Shown: one piece after another, positions 62,616-64,000 of the stretch
Layout of the letters: each line of letters starts with the position of its first letter
Numbering within the stretch: position 1 is the first letter of the stretch
Assembly: GCA_951406725.2 (NCBI GenBank)
Contig: OX597816.1
Location: forward strand, 82,150,001 to 82,214,000
Length of the DNA: 64,000 nucleotides
DNA from: Octopus vulgaris
Lineage: Eukaryota
Direction of reading: 5' to 3'
Program-made: the position numbers and the translations under genes
The notes under the pieces: model-generated
Told to the model about the DNA's origin: nothing
The model's database searches: none
What the model saw: only the letters and a program-made list of their open reading frames with translations

Positions 62616-64000
62616 CTCTATCTCTTTTTCTCTCCCCCTCCGTCTTTCTTTCAAAATCAGTCTATCTGAGAAATGTGACACAGTACAGCAAGGAAACTTG
62701 GGTAGTAAATTCATAGAATTTATAACAGCTGGAGTGAAGGAATAGATTTGAGTCTATGCTACATTGATATAAAAGAAGAACCATACACGAGTTGGTAGAT
62801 GGGTTGAACATTGCTTACAGTCGAAAGAATGGCTATAAATTCACCAACACTTTGGAGTTATAATTCTGAAGAGGGTAGCACCATAAACCACTGCTTGAAT
62901 TTGATATGTGAATGGTACCTTTGTTCTTATGGCACTACCTGGAGGATATTCATTATGACCCACTAGATTATATGAACTCTACTTAAATCTCATTTCTTCC
63001 TATTATGTGAAAAGAAACAAGTTATCAGATGCCCACAATATCAGTATGACTGAAGTGGCTTACAGAACAAGGCCTTACCAAGGATTGAACAGTTTGCATC
63101 CTAACATCAATATTTTATATATTTCTGACCAAGACACGTAAGATTCAACAGCTGACTTCATCAAGTTATTTAGCCCAGGCTGGTCATAACTGAGACCAAA
63201 GTCATTCCAATAATGACCATCTCATCCTCTCAAACATTATATACCTCAGACTACATTTTCTAATGTGTTCTGCCTTTTCAAGATGGTAGGAAATTTGACT
63301 ATTATTTCTAGCAGGCTCGACCAAGCTTTAAGTAATCATATGAGGTTTGATTCATTACTTTGAGTTGTAATAATCATGTAAAAGGTGGCGAGCTGGCAGA
63401 ATTGTTAGTGTACCAGCCAAAATACTTAGTGGCATTTGGTTCATCTTTATGTTCTGAGTTCAAATTCCACCAAGGTCAACTTTTCCTTTCATCCTTTTGG
63501 GGTCAATAAAATAAGTACCACTTGAGCACTGGGGTTGATGTAATCAACTTAACCCTTCTCCTGAAATTGCTGGCCTTGTGCCAAAATTTGAAGCCAATAA
63601 TCATGTAAAATTCAATTTCTCTAATAAGAAAAGCTGCCTTTTCCAAGGGGGAAATATATTTTTCTTTCATTTAATTTTGTAAAAACTGGATGGGGAAAAG
63701 AGCTAGCACTATAGATTCTTGTGGATAACTATAAGAGTTAAACAAACTACATTATAACATTACACACTTTTTAAAAATAATTGATAAAGGAAAAAGAGAT
63801 ACATTGCTGATGGTCAAAACAAAAGTTTCTCAAAGTAACTGCATCTGATCAGACAAGAAACAACTTGGTGAAGAATTGCAAAACATGTATGATGTGAAAA
63901 TGGCCATCACATAACCACATACCAGTATAGAATGAAGTGTGTATAACAGCAAAAAAGAAAAAAAACAATTAAGGAAAATCAAAGAAGTGGTGTATATAAT

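Noticed and set aside
62729-62800. Short reading frame WSEGIDLSLCYIDIKEEPYTSW after an AG
   Set aside because: Closes after ~22 codons with no partner exon or recognisable domain.

Overview
AT-rich, microsatellite- and transposon-dense eukaryotic genomic DNA. The repeat signature ((ATG)n-tailed SINE/RTE 3' ends, (TA)n/(TATG)n/(AAT)n tracts) strongly suggests a cephalopod, probably Octopus; this is inference. I assembled three spliced genes by hand from GT/AG sites and frame continuity. (1) The last five coding exons (~598 codons) of a polycystin-1-like (PKD1L) channel gene, + strand, 4192-18198. (2) A complete four-exon RNASEH2C gene (149 aa), + strand, 34139-49023. (3) An unnamed 98-aa single-TM protein gene on the - strand (34016-30391, plus a probable 3'UTR exon), head-to-head with RNASEH2C with only 122 bp between start codons. 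The rest is decayed mobile DNA: RTE, R4/Dong-like and CR1-like LINEs, Penelope-like remnants with hammerhead-type motifs, a Buster-type hAT, Tigger/pogo, mariner, Helitron, piggyBac-type and long-TIR MITEs, and tRNA-derived SINEs. Notable structures are a 2.2-kb near-identical duplication next to a 100-N gap (probably an assembly artefact), a ~1.06-kb spacerless palindrome made from a decayed mariner 5' half, inverted SINEs bracketing RNASEH2C exon 2, and an apparently orphan promoter near 55 kb. Most ORFs in the supplied track are microsatellite or repeat noise. I found no evidence of a new multi-gene system; the best candidates for undescribed biology are the small protein gene, the palindrome and the orphan promoter.
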